The translations under genes were made by a program, and so were the position numbers. The notes beneath the pieces were generated by a model. The model saw only the letters and a list, made by a program, of their open reading frames with translations. It ran no database searches and was not told the origin of the DNA. Shown here in pieces: positions 47,811 to 59,340 of a stretch of DNA of 64,000 bases. Each line of letters starts with the position of its first letter. The stretch's first letter is position 1. The stretch lies in the IMG/VR virus record IMGVR_UViG_3300036715_003906, positions 186,001-250,000 of that record; one strand, written 5' to 3'.

Positions 47811-50800
47811 ATGGCCCGCAAGACCTTCCCCCTCGTCTCCCCCGACCTCTTCCTCTCCGACGACATCGCGACCCACCTCAAGTGGCCCCTCGCGGACGTC
47901 CACAGCCTCTCCCGCGCCTCGCTCCGGGAGCTGGTCACGGACCCGGCGCTCAAGGCCCGGATCACCGCCTGCATGGCCTTCCTCTGCCGCTGAGGAAATC
48001 GACGCCCCGGGGTTTTGATTCCCCCGGCCCCGCCGCGTAGTAGCGCCACCCCCTCTTCCCGAAGGACCCACGATCATGCTCCCTCTTCTCTCGACCCCCT
48101 GTTCCAAGACCACCACCCTCGCCCGCAAGGCCATGGACGCCCTCATCGGGCAAACCTTCACCGTCTGCGTCAAGATGCTGAAGACGAAGGTCGCCGCGTC
48201 GTGAAGGTCGAGGTCCAGAGCATCATGCTCGCCCCGATCTTGCCCGAGGACCCCGGCCCCCGGGCGACCGTGGCCACCTGGGCCGAAGCCGACGCCTTGC
48301 TGGCCACGGCCCCCGTCAAGGTGGCGATCGAGTACCGGGTCCGGTGGCCGGGGGACGAGCACTTCCCCCGGGGGTACGGCGCGTCCGGTTCCCTGTACTA
48401 CCGGACCGAGGAGAGAGAGCCTCTCCTGGCCACCGTACGGCGCCATCGGGAGGAGCTTCTCCCGGCTGGGGGTGACGCGGCCCAGGCCGCGAAAGTGATC
48501 CTCGACCTCTGCCTCGGGGGGCACGAGTGGCCAGCCTGAAGGTGACCGTCACCCTCGACGCCGGGGAATGGTCGACCCTCGTCGCGGCCCTGGAGTCGTA
48601 CATCGGGCTCCTCGAAAGCTCGGATGAGGAGTGGGAAGAGGACCTCATCCCGGCCCGGAGTCTCCTGCCCAAGATCGAGGCGGCCAAGGAGAAAGCGCAG
48701 AAACGCACCCCCCGCGTTTGATTCCAGGGAGGGGGCTGCGTAGTAGTCCCATGAGCACCCCGAACGCTTCCCCCGACTTCGTCTCTCTGGCCGCCCGCAT
48801 CGACGCCTGCATCGCCCGAAGCTCGCTCCTCTGCCTCCCCCCCGCTGCCCCCGAAGGTTGGGTTACCGAGGACGGCAGCGGGGGGGAGGCACACTTCTCC
48901 TTCACCCGCAAGGGCGGCTGGGTCGTCCGGGTCTACCTCGAAACGAAGGACGACGAGCGCTCGGGGTTCTTCACCGGGAAGGGCGCGACCCCCGAGGAGG
49001 CGACCGAGGATCTGGTCGAGGAAATCCGCGCCGCCTACTGAAAGCCACCCCCATGACCCTCGTCGCCGTCTGCAAGAAAACCGGTGAACACCTACGCCCC
49101 GCGACCCCCGAGGAGCGGGCCACCTACCTGGAGAGGAATGCCCACAGGCGGGCCCCCTGCTTCTACGACCGCGTGATCCTGGAGGACGTCACCATCATGG
49201 AAGACAACGGCCCCGGGGGCTGGATCGGGCATTTCGTCTTCGGTTGAAGAAAAGAGCGGGGGGGTTTTTGATTCCTGGGGGGCCCCTGCGTAGTAGTCCC
49301 ATGACCACCGAGACAACCCCAGCCAGCATCCTCGCCACCCTCACGACGGTGAGGAGCGGCACCCACACTCACTTCGCGGCCGGGGGATACTTTATTTGCC
49401 CGACCCACCAGAAGCACAACAAGACGCCGGTGCCCGCCGGCACGGCCGTCACCTGCACACGGTGCCAGAAGCGGCACGCCCAGCTCACGGAGCGGGCCAA
49501 GGTCGCCTGACCCCCCCGGCGACGTGAGAAAAGATCGGGACCTACGCGAGCCGCGGGGGCTTCGGTCCCCGGGGCCAGTTCGTCTCCCGGTACTACGCCC
49601 GGACCCTGCGCGATGGCTCCGGGGGCCTGTGCCTGTACGGCTCCGCCGACCCGACGTGGTCCCTGCCCTCGTCGGCCATGGCCGAGGTGCGGTCCCTTCT
49701 GCGCACCCTCTGATCTCCCGCTCCGGGGCCTGTCGGAAATCGACACGGCCCCTTTTGATTCCGGGGAGGGCGCCGCGTAGTAGCTTCATGAAGACCTCGA
49801 AGCTCCCCACCGCCGCTCAGTTCGTTTTCCTCAAGATCGTGGCCTCCCGCGGAACGGAGCGCCGCTCCCGCCGGATGATCGACGGCGTCACCTGGGGGAC
49901 CCAGGCCGCGGCCGAGAAGGCCGGTTGGGTCACCACCCGCCCGGGCGCCATCGTGACCTGGGAGCAGTGGTACATGATCACGGACGCCGGCAAGGCGGCC
50001 ATCGACGCATACCGCGCCGCCCGCCCCGTCCAGACCCCGGCGGTGACGGCATGAGCCCCGCGGCCCCGGAGCCTACGCTCCATGCCCTCGTCACCCGCGT
50101 CGAGGTGCTCATGTCCTCAGTCGACCGAAGCCCAGCCCGTATCCGGGAAGAGGGGATGGCCCTCGGCAGGCGGATCTTCCGCCATCGCCGCGAGGGGGAC
50201 ATGGGCCCCGTCAGCGTCGAGATGCGCCTCATGGTGAACTTCGCCCGGGAGTGCCTCACTCACATGAATGACACCTGGGAGATCCGCGCCCTGCTCGCCT
50301 GCCCCCTCGTCATGGACCTCTTCCTGTTCGTCACCCGGGACACCCCCGGGCTCGACGGCCGGGCCGAGCTTCTCCAGTACCGGGAGGAGACCCTGGCCCA
50401 GTTCTTCGCCTACCGGGGCCCCCTGGGCGTCCTGGCAGAGACGGACGCCTGGCGGGACCGCGTGACCCCCTGCCCGCCCCCGGCGGTGTAGGAGCGGGGT
50501 CATGAAGCCCACCGTCGTCGACCTCCGCCGCTACGAGCCCCTCCTCACCATCGGGTGAGGCACGGGGGTGGCGTGCCCGGCCCGGACAAGGTCTGGCGCC
50601 CCACCTGCTTCCTGGTGTCGACCCGGGTCCCGACGGGGCCCAGGGAGTGGTCTCTCACCTTCGACATGCCCTGTCCTGTGAAGCCCCCCGCCAAGAGCCC
50701 CAGGAAGACCCCGCCGAAGCCCGCCCCGGCCCCCCTCAAGCCGAAGGACTCCTTCGGTGTCCAGGCGGGGCGGGCCATCGAGGAAGCCCTGGCCGGCATG

Positions 50801-51991
50801 GACTGGGTCTGCGCTCAGTCCCCCGACGAACGCCAGGAGCTGTACGTCGCCCTGGGCACGAAGCGGAAGTCGATCACCCTCGACGTCTCCCCAAAGGGCG
50901 GGGCACCCCACGCCCCGGCCCCCGTGGCCAAGGTCATCCTCTACCTGAGCGCCAGTTCGATGTTCGCGACGATGACCATGAAGGCCGGGGAGCGGAACCC
51001 CGTGACGGCGGCGGATGCCCTCGGGTTCTTCCACGACGTCCTCGCCCTGGTCGACCTCCTCGACACGATCGACTGCTGAGGGTTTTGTCATGGCTGCCCT
51101 CCCTCTTGTTCATCGCGAAAAGCGACCCACTCGCTTCCTCGGCCGTCTCTTCCCCGGCCGGCTGGTCCATGCCTTCACGGTCCGGTGCGAGATGCCAGGC
51201 ACGGACCGCGTCATGGAAGCCCGCTACTTCGTCTACGAGCGGCGGACCGACGTCGAGGTCCGCACGAACGACCCCTCTCCACCCCCGCGACCATCCGCGG
51301 CTTCCTCGTCGTCAACGAAATGCGCTTCTGACCATGAAAACCTACGTCGAGACCTTCCTGCACTTCGTCGCCCTCTACGCCCCTCTCTTCCTCGACCACA
51401 AGGCCGCCATGGCCGAGTACCCCAGCTACGGCCAGTCACGCGAACGGAGCCTCGTGTCCCGCCGCCCCCCGGTGCCGAAGACGGGCCTGTCGGCTGTCAT
51501 GGCCGCCCGGGACTACCTCGACCGCTGCGGTGGGGAGGCCCTGGCCATGGACCCGGAGCCCGCGGCCCGGCTCTACCTGGCTTCGTACTTCGACGTCACC
51601 TTGCCGGCTCCGGAGCCCGCCGCGGAAATGTGAGGTCCTGCTTTTGATTCCCGAGGGGGGTCTGCGTAGTAGTCCCATGACCACCTCGACCAAGACCCCC
51701 GCCCTCAAGACCCTCCGCCCCGCCCGTGACTTCGTGAACACCCTCGCGGGGTTCGCGGAGTTCAAGTTCACCGGCTCGCTCGCCAATAACCGCCTCGAAA
51801 AGAAGATCTCGGCCTTCTTCGCCGAGATGGAGCGCCGCGCCCCCGGGTCCTTCACGAAGGCCCCCCAGGCCCTCTGGGTCTACTGCGCCTACGAGGACAA
51901 GGACTGCTACACGGTCCGGGTGGTCCTGCGGTCAAGCCGGGCGTTCTCGGAGGCGTACACCGCCTTCGACCGCGAGACCCGCGGCTTCTGA
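47811..51991 (+). other. Array of small hypothetical genes (47811-47993, 48076-48204, 48201-48539, 48527-48721, 48751-49041, 49053-49247, 49301-49510, 49788-50054, 50051-50491, 50502-51079, 51090-51331, 51334-51633, 51677-51991)
   Basis: Each unit starts at a conserved promoter or an overlapping stop/start; two carry homopolymer frameshifts. Confidence 0.65.
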
Positions 51992-51995
51992 GGGC

Positions 51996-52436
51996 TCAAC
52001 CCAGCCGGGCCTCAAGCCCGGCTGCGATCAGTTTCAACTCGTCGGGGGTGGCGTTGTGCTTGATCCCGTTGGCCCGATGGCTGATGACCCAGACGTTGCC
52101 CTTGACGTAGCCCAGCTCGGGCCGAAGGCGGTCCAGCGAGGGACTCTCCGGGGTCGGCCCCTTCTTCCCCTTACAGAGCCCCGAGACGAGCGGGATGCCC
52201 AGAAGGGGACATACCTCCGGGATCACGATGTCGGCCAGCTCGATGTCGAAGGGCAGCCCCTGCTTCTTGGCCCGTTCGCGAGCGGAGGCGAGCATCCGAA
52301 GCTCGGGCGTGACCTTCGTCCGCAGGTACTCCAGGGATCGCTGCCGCGCCGCGGCGACCCACTCGGGGTCGGCCCGCTTGCGCTGGTAGTAGTCTCGTGT
52401 GTACTCTATTTGCCGGGCTTTGTCCTTGAAGGCCAT
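51996..52436 (-). CDS. HNH-like endonuclease
   Basis: CPLLG, SPSLDRL.P.LGYVKGNVWVISHRAN..K. Confidence 0.85.
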   Translation of the reverse strand: MAFKDKARQIEYTRDYYQRKRADPEWVAAARQRSLEYLRTKVTPELRMLASARERAKKQGLPFDIELADIVIPEVCPLLGIPLVSGLCKGKKGPTPESPSLDRLRPELGYVKGNVWVISHRANGIKHNATPDELKLIAAGLEARLG

Positions 52437-52467
52437 GCCCGACGAGTATCACACAAGACCAATATAA

Positions 52468-53070
52468 TCAATCCATGGCACAGTAATCGTGATGGTCGAT
52501 CCCCTCGCGGCCGAGGGCCTGGAGGATGTCGTTGTAGGTCATGGACTGGATGGCCCGGGCGTTGTCCTTGACCCAGCGGTAGAACTGCCCGACCGACTTC
52601 TTGCCCCGGGCGATGCAGGTCGGGGCGTTGTTCTCGTCGTTGATGTCCTCGATGCTGTACTGGTCGTAGCCGGCGATCACGGTGACGTGGGCGCCGCGGA
52701 CGATCAGCTCCTTGAAGGCACCCGGCTTGACGTCGACCCCCCGGAGCCAGCTCTCCCGGCCCTGCCAGCCGGTTTCGAGGGCCTCCTTGAACGCCTGCTG
52801 CATCCGGCCGAAGTCGGCGCCCCGCTTGCCGAGCATCATGAACTCGTCGGAGGTGCTCTCGATCGTCGTGCCGCCCGACAGGTAGAAGGTCATGCACTTC
52901 TTCCCCCGCTTGCCGGCGTTTTCGAGCTGCGTGATCTCGATGGCGTCCGCGTACCGGTGGACCCTCCACTTCTCGTTCTCGAAGGTCTCGCCGCGGCCCA
53001 TGGCCACGATGTTGTGCCCAGCTTGCCGATCCAGCGTTCGCTCGATCAGACGGTCCCGAAGCTCGCTCAT
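52468..53070 (-). CDS. Hypothetical protein
   Basis: MSELRDRLIE..., GC3 bias. Confidence 0.7.
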   Translation of the reverse strand: MSELRDRLIERTLDRQAGHNIVAMGRGETFENEKWRVHRYADAIEITQLENAGKRGKKCMTFYLSGGTTIESTSDEFMMLGKRGADFGRMQQAFKEALETGWQGRESWLRGVDVKPGAFKELIVRGAHVTVIAGYDQYSIEDINDENNAPTCIARGKKSVGQFYRWVKDNARAIQSMTYNDILQALGREGIDHHDYCAMD

Positions 53071-53867
53071 CACACGCCTTTCTGCCCGGCCATGGTGTAG
53101 CCGAGCGGAGGGACCCAGAGGTCCCAGGTTTCTTTCCACGTCAGGTAGTCGGGCGAGAACCAGGCAAAGCCCCTCTCACCCCAGCTTGTGCCCCACGAGT
53201 TCTTGACCAGGAAACGGTCCCCGACGCAGCCCACGATCATCATCGCGTGCCCGCCGTCCATCGGCCCCACGGGCCGCGGCAAGGTCCCGCCCCGGTAGCT
53301 ATCGAAGGACGTCGCGAGCATCGTCCCGAAGACCACCGGCTGCTTCCGCCGTAGCGCCGCCCGGATGTCATCGAGGCGGGCGTCCCCCTCGCTGTCGATC
53401 CGGTAGGCCCCGTGAATCCGCCGCCCCCGGGCCTTGCGCTGGGCGAGGAGCGAGGGAGAGACGAAGACCTGGGCCTCGTCGTAGGGCCAGTCGGTCTCCT
53501 CGCAGATCCCGAAGCGGCTGATCGCGTCGAAGCACGAACGGAGGTAGGTCCCGCCGTCCGTCCCGAGGCTCCCGTCGAGGGTCCGGGCCATCCCGTAGAC
53601 GAAGAGCCGGCTGAGCTGCGGCACGGGCCGGGGCTCCCGCCCCTCCTGGGCCGCCTGGGCCTCCTCGGCGATGGCCGTCACGACCTCGATCGAGTCCGCG
53701 GTGGCGTTGCCGGCGCAGGCCCCGAGGTGGAGCTGGTCCGAGGGGGTGCAGTAGGCCCGGAGATCTACGTCCCCCGTCAGCAGGGCCGGCGTGGCCGCCT
53801 TGAGGGCCCCGAACCGCCGATCGGCGTCCCAACCCCCCGGGTCGCGCTGGTAGTAGACCTTGTCCAT
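53070..53867 (-). CDS. Papain-like (C1A) cysteine protease
   Basis: QLHLGACAG, SRLFVY, GGHAM, KNSWGTSWG. Confidence 0.9.
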   Translation of the reverse strand: MDKVYYQRDPGGWDADRRFGALKAATPALLTGDVDLRAYCTPSDQLHLGACAGNATADSIEVVTAIAEEAQAAQEGREPRPVPQLSRLFVYGMARTLDGSLGTDGGTYLRSCFDAISRFGICEETDWPYDEAQVFVSPSLLAQRKARGRRIHGAYRIDSEGDARLDDIRAALRRKQPVVFGTMLATSFDSYRGGTLPRPVGPMDGGHAMMIVGCVGDRFLVKNSWGTSWGERGFAWFSPDYLTWKETWDLWVPPLGYTMAGQKGV

Positions 53868-53917
53868 CGCTCCCCCAGCCCGACAGGAACTTTATCACTT
53901 ATGGCCCGCGGGGAAGC

Positions 53918-54233
53918 GATGCGACTCCTCCTTGTCCTCGCGGTCCTCTGCCTGGGATGCGTCCCGTCCAGGGAGGCCCCCTCCCCGAACCCCCCGGTCC
54001 CGCCCGACACGGAGATGTGTCCAGCGATGTGCGTCCACCTCCGGGAGATGCACTGCGAGGAGGGCCAGCCCTTCTACGACAGCGACCAGCCCGGGCCCCT
54101 CGACGTCCCGAACACGACGTGCGAGGTCTTCTGCCAGACCCAGCAGAAGAATGGCGTCTTCGTCAACCCCCGGTGCGTGATCCTGGCCCCGGCCTGCGGG
54201 GAGATCGAAGCCTGGCGCAAGAAGGTGTGCTGA
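53918..54233 (+). CDS. Cys-rich lipoprotein
   Basis: Signal peptide with LGC lipobox; multiple Cys. Confidence 0.65.
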
Positions 54234-54234
54234 G

Positions 54235-55944
54235 ATGGCCGTCCGTCCCCTCTGCCAGGTCAAGGACGGCGGCGGCTCCTTCGTCGCCACCACGGACGGG
54301 GTGAGCGTCACCGCGGGCCAGACCCTCACAATCCGCCTCGCCGACGTGACCGACGTGGTCGCCTGGTTCCTGGTCCTGACCGGGACCGACGAGACCACGT
54401 TCCCCCCGGCCCTTGCCAGCGTCAACCCGTCCACGAACCAGGTCTCCTCCCCCGGCGCCCAGGTCACCTTCACCTTGCCGGGTGGGGCCGGCCGCGCCCT
54501 GATCTTCGAGTCCACCGTGACGGGCCCCGGAGGCCCCCAGGTGACGACCTTCGCGCTCTACGTACCCACGACCCACGGCTACCGGGTCGGGGCCACGGGG
54601 GAGCAACGGGAGGGCAGCACGTCCTATGGGTGGGTCACGAAGCTGAACCCTCTGATCCGCCAGGGGGCCCCCGTCGTCCGCTACGACGACACCATGGCCT
54701 CCCCCACCCTCGGGGCCTCCACGGTACAGGGTGCCCTCGACGCCCTCAAGGCCCTCACCGGCGGCTTCACGGCCGGGGGCGACCTCTCGGGCTCCTCGTC
54801 GAGCCAGACCGTCATCGGTCTCCGCGGCGTACCGCTCGACTCGACGCCTCCCACCGACGGCCAGGTCATCACGTACAGCAGCAGCCTGGGGCGATGGGTC
54901 TACGGGGCCGTCCCCTCGGGCAGCTTCACGGCGGGTGGGGATCTCTCCGGGTCAACCACCAGCCAGACGGTCAACAAGATCAAGAACCTGGCGATCATCG
55001 GGTTCCCCTCGAACGGGCAGGTCCTCACCTACTCGAACACGGGACCGAACCTCTACTGGTCAACCGTGTCGGGCGGAGGCGGGGGGGTCTTCCCCGCGAT
55101 CTTCGGTACGGGGGCGGACGGTTCCGCGACCGTGTCCGGGACCGTCACCTACACCCGCGACATGCACTTCACGGACCTGACCGTCCATGTCGGTGGCAAG
55201 ATCGTCGTGGCCGGGTTCCGTATCTACGTCCAGAACACGCTCACGATCGATGCGGGGGGCATCCTCACGGCGGACGGCGCCGACGGCGTTGGCCGGACCG
55301 GCGGCGGCACCGCGGGCGGCGGTGGCGACTCGACCATGATTCTGGGCGGAGGGGCCGAGGGGGGCGCGGGTGGCACCGCGGGTCAAGGGGATCAGGGCCA
55401 GACCTTCCGCTCTGCCAAATGGGGCGGTGATGGCGGAGCAGGGGGTCAAGGCTACCGCGACCTATGGCCGGGGGGGGCGCCCTCCCCTGACGTGGGGCTG
55501 CCTGTGGGGAACCCTCCCGATCTGGAGGGACTTCTCGGGGGCTTCTGGCGTACCCGTACAGGCGCCGGTCTCCAGTTTTACCCCTGGGACGGGGGCGGTG
55601 CAGGGGGTGGTGGGGGTGGGGGTGCAGCCGGGGACGGAGGCAAGGGTGGCGGGGGTGGGGGTGTGATCGCCCTCATCGCCAAGAACCTCGTCAACAACGG
55701 GGTCATCTCGGCCAACGGCGGCAACGGCGCGGACGCGGACCCCGCCTGGGCAGGTGGCGGCGGGGGCGGCGGGGGCGGGGGCGTCGTCACCCTCTTCGTC
55801 AAGACCTACACGGGCCTCATCGCCCGGGCCTTTGGCGGAGCGGGCGGGCTCAAAGGAAACGGGAGCCCCGAGGGAGGCTCCTCGGGCAACGTGAACGGGA
55901 GCCCCGGGAGCGACGGGAAGGTCTACGTCTTCGAGGCGAGCTGA
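54235..55944 (+). CDS. Glycine-rich tail/fibre protein
   Basis: Repeated AGGDLSG; GQV.TY motifs; GTGADG and ANGG Gly-rich C-terminus. Confidence 0.78.
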   Translation: MAVRPLCQVKDGGGSFVATTDGVSVTAGQTLTIRLADVTDVVAWFLVLTGTDETTFPPALASVNPSTNQVSSPGAQVTFTLPGGAGRALIFESTVTGPGGPQVTTFALYVPTTHGYRVGATGEQREGSTSYGWVTKLNPLIRQGAPVVRYDDTMASPTLGASTVQGALDALKALTGGFTAGGDLSGSSSSQTVIGLRGVPLDSTPPTDGQVITYSSSLGRWVYGAVPSGSFTAGGDLSGSTTSQTVNKIKNLAIIGFPSNGQVLTYSNTGPNLYWSTVSGGGGGVFPAIFGTGADGSATVSGTVTYTRDMHFTDLTVHVGGKIVVAGFRIYVQNTLTIDAGGILTADGADGVGRTGGGTAGGGGDSTMILGGGAEGGAGGTAGQGDQGQTFRSAKWGGDGGAGGQGYRDLWPGGAPSPDVGLPVGNPPDLEGLLGGFWRTRTGAGLQFYPWDGGGAGGGGGGGAAGDGGKGGGGGGVIALIAKNLVNNGVISANGGNGADADPAWAGGGGGGGGGGVVTLFVKTYTGLIARAFGGAGGLKGNGSPEGGSSGNVNGSPGSDGKVYVFEAS

Positions 55945-55963
55945 AGGTACGGACGTCGCGCCC

Positions 55964-56410
55964 TCACCTCGCCCCGAGCTTGTGGAGGCACGCCACGAAG
56001 CCCGGGTTCCCGATCGACCGCCGCTGCCTCCGCCGCTGGACCCTCCGTACCGCGTCTGCCCCCGAGCACCCGGTACGGAGGTGGAGGGCCAGGGCCGACA
56101 CCAGGCCCGAGCGGTTCCGGCCTTGCCCACAGGTCACGAGGACCCGATGCCCTCCCCCCCCCCCCGTTTCTGCTACCCGCCTGGCGGCGCCGAGCGCCAG
56201 GGCCAGCTCCTCCCGGGTAGGGAGGCGCTCGTAGCTGTCGTCGTTGGGGGCGTGGATGACCTGTAGCCCGGGGAACCTCTCGGCCGGCGGCGGGTACTCG
56301 GCCGCGCAAAGGACAAGCACCCGGAAGCCCACGGCATGAAGCCCGGGGCCGGGGTCGGGCCGGCCCAGCCTCCCTGGTGGAGCGTGTGGTAGAGCAGCGT
56401 CGCGTCGATG
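55964..56410 (-). CDS. Dual-specificity phosphatase (frameshifted 5' part)
   Basis: VLVTCGQGRNRS (CX5R). Confidence 0.75.
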   Translation of the reverse strand, partial: HRRDAALPHAPPGRLGRPDPGPGLHAVGFRVLVLCAAEYPPPAERFPGLQVIHAPNDDSYERLPTREELALALGAARRVAETGGGGGHRVLVTCGQGRNRSGLVSALALHLRTGCSGADAVRRVQRRRQRRSIGNPGFVACLHKLGAR

Positions 56411-56612
56411 GCTGCCAGGGTAAAGCGCCCTGGGGGACGGCCCCTCTCGGGTTCGTCCTACGGACCGGCCGCAGGGCCATGGTCTTCGGGGGCGTTCGGT
56501 CGGGGGCGGAGACCGCTCGGTAGAGCGTGTCGCTGAGGTCCGCCAGCTCCCGAGACGTCTGCTCCAGGGCTGCGTGGGCGGCTTGCTCTTCAGGGGTCAT
56601 TGCTTCCTTGCC

Positions 56613-57194
56613 TCACTTGCGGGGGTCTTTGGAGTCGATGTACCCCAGCGCGGCCATGACGCCCCGCAAAAGGCTGTTCGACTCGGCCATTTGACGCTGG
56701 AGCTTGTTCAGCTCGTCCGCTCGGGCACGGGAGTCCCGCTCGTACTCCTCGCGGGAGACGAGGTCCGAGTTGTCCTGGATGGCCGCCTCGATCTTGGCCT
56801 GGCGATTACGGACCGCCCCCAGGGACTCATTCATGCGTTCTTCAATGGCCAGTAGTTCCCCGAGGCCCGTCACCGACGTCGGCCGGCCACGGGCAATACG
56901 GAGCATCCAGGGCGGCGGGTCCTCGGCCCAGCCATCGAGCATGGTCCGTGTTGCCCGGACCTGCTCTCGGATCTGGTAGACCGTCAAGAAGAGGCCCGTC
57001 CGCGGCGCACCGGTCCGCATGTCCTCGTCCTCCCCGACCTTGTCCTCCAGCGCCTTGATCTTGCCCTTGATATCCCGCCAGCCGCCGAGCATGGTGGTGG
57101 CCGCGGCCCCACTCCCCGTCAGGAGGGCGGTGACGATGTTCTCCGTCAACGACTTCGCGTCCATGTTCTCCGTGGCCTCCCCCTTGACGTCCAT
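56613..57194 (-). CDS. Coiled-coil protein with N-terminal hydrophobic helix
   Basis: IVTALLTGSGAAA segment; coiled-coil C-terminus. Confidence 0.6.
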   Translation of the reverse strand: MDVKGEATENMDAKSLTENIVTALLTGSGAAATTMLGGWRDIKGKIKALEDKVGEDEDMRTGAPRTGLFLTVYQIREQVRATRTMLDGWAEDPPPWMLRIARGRPTSVTGLGELLAIEERMNESLGAVRNRQAKIEAAIQDNSDLVSREEYERDSRARADELNKLQRQMAESNSLLRGVMAALGYIDSKDPRK

Positions 57195-57364
57195 GCAGAA
57201 GGAAAAACGGAGCCGCCACACGGACACACTCCTCCGTGGCAAAGAGCCCCCGCACCGGGTAAATAAGGCCCCGGAAACGCCGAAGGCCCCCGAGGCTTGG
57301 GGAGCCAGGGGGGCCTTCGGGAAGGGGTGGGGCCAGCGGGAAGGGGTGGGGCCAGCGGGACTAG

Positions 57365-57625
57365 TTGATCATGTAGACCTTGCGCGCCTTCCTCCCCGAG
57401 GGACGACAAGAGGTGCAACGTCCGGGTGGCCCCTCGAAAGGGGCCGGGCCGCGGAGTCAGACTTTCTCGTCTTTGGGGCGATAGAATCGCAGGGGTTGGA
57501 TGATCGTGTAGACCTAGCGGGCATCCACCGGGGACGCATTCCCGGGCAGCAAGGTGATTGCTGAGTCAGCTCTCCCCGACGTACCAGAGGCCGCCGGTCT
57601 GACTCAGAGCAGGTCGCCGACCGCG
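57365..57625 (-). ncRNA. Tandem Y-RNA-like units directly downstream of ro60
   Basis: Repeated CTGACTC, CTTG, GGAA(T/G) and AGGTCTACAYGATCA motifs, matching the array Y RNAs. Confidence 0.6.
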
Positions 57626-59340
57626 TTTTCGATCATGGCGGTCCAGGACGTCTCCATCCCGGCCTGGAAGGTCGCCGCCACCTCGAAGACCGTGTCGCTG
57701 AACCCCCCCATGTTCAGGATGTCGTCCCGGCTCGGGGCCTGGGTCGTCGTGTTCGGCGACAAGTCCATGCAGATGAGCTTGGCCTTGGGGTTGCGCACCT
57801 TGACCTTGTCCCACTCGCTCATGGTCGTCGTCTTGCCCCCCGACCGGCTCGCGAAGTAGCTGGCATAGGCCGCGGCCCGCGCCGAGTCCACCCACGACTC
57901 GTTGTCCGAGACGTACCAGACGAGATCCGGCGTGAAGCCCATGCTGTTGATCGTCGCCATCGGGGCCGAGCAGTTCGTCCCCCCGCCCGGGACCTCCTTG
58001 AGCTTCTGGGCGTTCGTCATGATCGAGTCCCGCGGGTTGAACGTGTACCCGACCCGGCTGACCTCGGCGAAGGGCAGGACCATCGCCTCCGGGTTCTTCC
58101 GCAGGATGGACGCCGCCACGAGGGCCGCCACGTCCAGGCACGAAACCTTGGTCGTGTGCGTCTCGACCTTGCCCGTCTTCGGGTTCACCCGCGTCCCCGT
58201 CACCGGCGACGACATGGAGCCCGACACGTCCGGGAAGACCGCGACCTTCCCGTTGATCACCGGGATGTTGTCCGTCGAGATCTCGACCGCGTCCTGGAGG
58301 GCGTTACGGATCGCCTGGGGCACGTCCGTCGCGTTCAGGTACGTGACCAGGAGCTGGTACGGCATGACCCGCGCCTTCTTGATCAGCTCCTTGTCCCCGA
58401 GCTTGTCCGCGATCTTCCGCACCGCCGCGTCGCTCTTGAAGACGCCCTTCTTCTGAAACACGTTCAAGTGCTGCCGGATCTGCTGCCAGGAGGACCCGTT
58501 GGTCGCCAGCTCGATCCACTGGTCCGGCGTGAGCGCCAGGCCCTCCAGCATCTCGAAGGGGGCCTTCGGGAGCGGCTTGCCCTCCGGGCTTGCCCGGAAC
58601 GCCTCGTACTGCTGCACGACTTCGGGGCACACGTCGAGAACCGAGATCTCGCGGCCCCCGAACTTCGCCTTCTCCTTGCCGAGCAGGTAGCCGTAGAGCG
58701 CCGCCGCCTGGGCCGTCTGCGGCGACGGGTGCGCCAGCGACAGGATATCCCCGAGCGACGGGTCATTGCCCACGGACGCGAAGAACAGCCCCTCCGCCGT
58801 CCGGGACGCCATCCACGACGCCACCAGCCGCCTCGGGGCCGACCCGAGCGACGTTCGACCCGCCTGCCCGGACCGGACCACCTGCACGAAGTTCCGCACC
58901 ATCTTCCCGTTGTCGCAGACCTGGGGGAAGGCCGCCGTCAGTAGCCGCGACAGCTTCGTGACCTCGGCGTTGTGCGCCCGGGCCTCGGCCTTCTTGCCCG
59001 CCTTGTGCGCCGCCTCCTCGGCCTTCGCCTCCCGCGCCAGCTCCCCGGCCAGGTGCCCGAGCAAGTAGGCCGGCATGTCCTTCATGAACCCCCGCGTGCG
59101 GCTGTAAACTGCCACCTGGGCCACGAACTCCGGCGGGACCTCGTTCACCAGCTTCTTCACCTGGTCGAGCTGCGCCTGCGCGCTCGCGTAGTAGGTGTGG
59201 TTGAAGCAGCCCGTGGCAGCGATCTGCGCCAGGGCCTCCTTCGAGGAGAGCGCGTATGCCTTTCCCCCCGCCTGGTTCGTCACCCGTCCCGTGCTCACGC
59301 CCGCGCCCTTGTTCGCCCCGAACAACGTCTTCGATGCCAT
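57604..59340 (-). CDS. rsr: Ro60/Rsr (TROVE + vWA) RNA-binding protein
   Basis: NQAGG.AY, TGCFN.TYY, GFMKDMP, MVRNFVQ, PDVSGSM, GGGTNCS, VSDNESW, GGFSD.VF. Confidence 0.95.
   Translation of the reverse strand: MASKTLFGANKGAGVSTGRVTNQAGGKAYALSSKEALAQIAATGCFNHTYYASAQAQLDQVKKLVNEVPPEFVAQVAVYSRTRGFMKDMPAYLLGHLAGELAREAKAEEAAHKAGKKAEARAHNAEVTKLSRLLTAAFPQVCDNGKMVRNFVQVVRSGQAGRTSLGSAPRRLVASWMASRTAEGLFFASVGNDPSLGDILSLAHPSPQTAQAAALYGYLLGKEKAKFGGREISVLDVCPEVVQQYEAFRASPEGKPLPKAPFEMLEGLALTPDQWIELATNGSSWQQIRQHLNVFQKKGVFKSDAAVRKIADKLGDKELIKKARVMPYQLLVTYLNATDVPQAIRNALQDAVEISTDNIPVINGKVAVFPDVSGSMSSPVTGTRVNPKTGKVETHTTKVSCLDVAALVAASILRKNPEAMVLPFAEVSRVGYTFNPRDSIMTNAQKLKEVPGGGTNCSAPMATINSMGFTPDLVWYVSDNESWVDSARAAAYASYFASRSGGKTTTMSEWDKVKVRNPKAKLICMDLSPNTTTQAPSRDDILNMGGFSDTVFEVAATFQAGMETSWTAMIENAVGDLL

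Noticed and set aside
47776-51672. Regularly recurring repeats as a CRISPR array or attC sites
   Set aside because: Bipartite with a variable 17-nt core, spaced by whole genes and fixed to start codons, so better explained as promoters; no cas or integrase gene seen
17790-56360. Frameshifts near 17798, 22355, 31050, 37795, 44315, 50553, 51285, 56345 as programmed or phase-variable
   Set aside because: Mostly single-base differences in short G/C runs scattered across unrelated genes, typical of long-read assembly error
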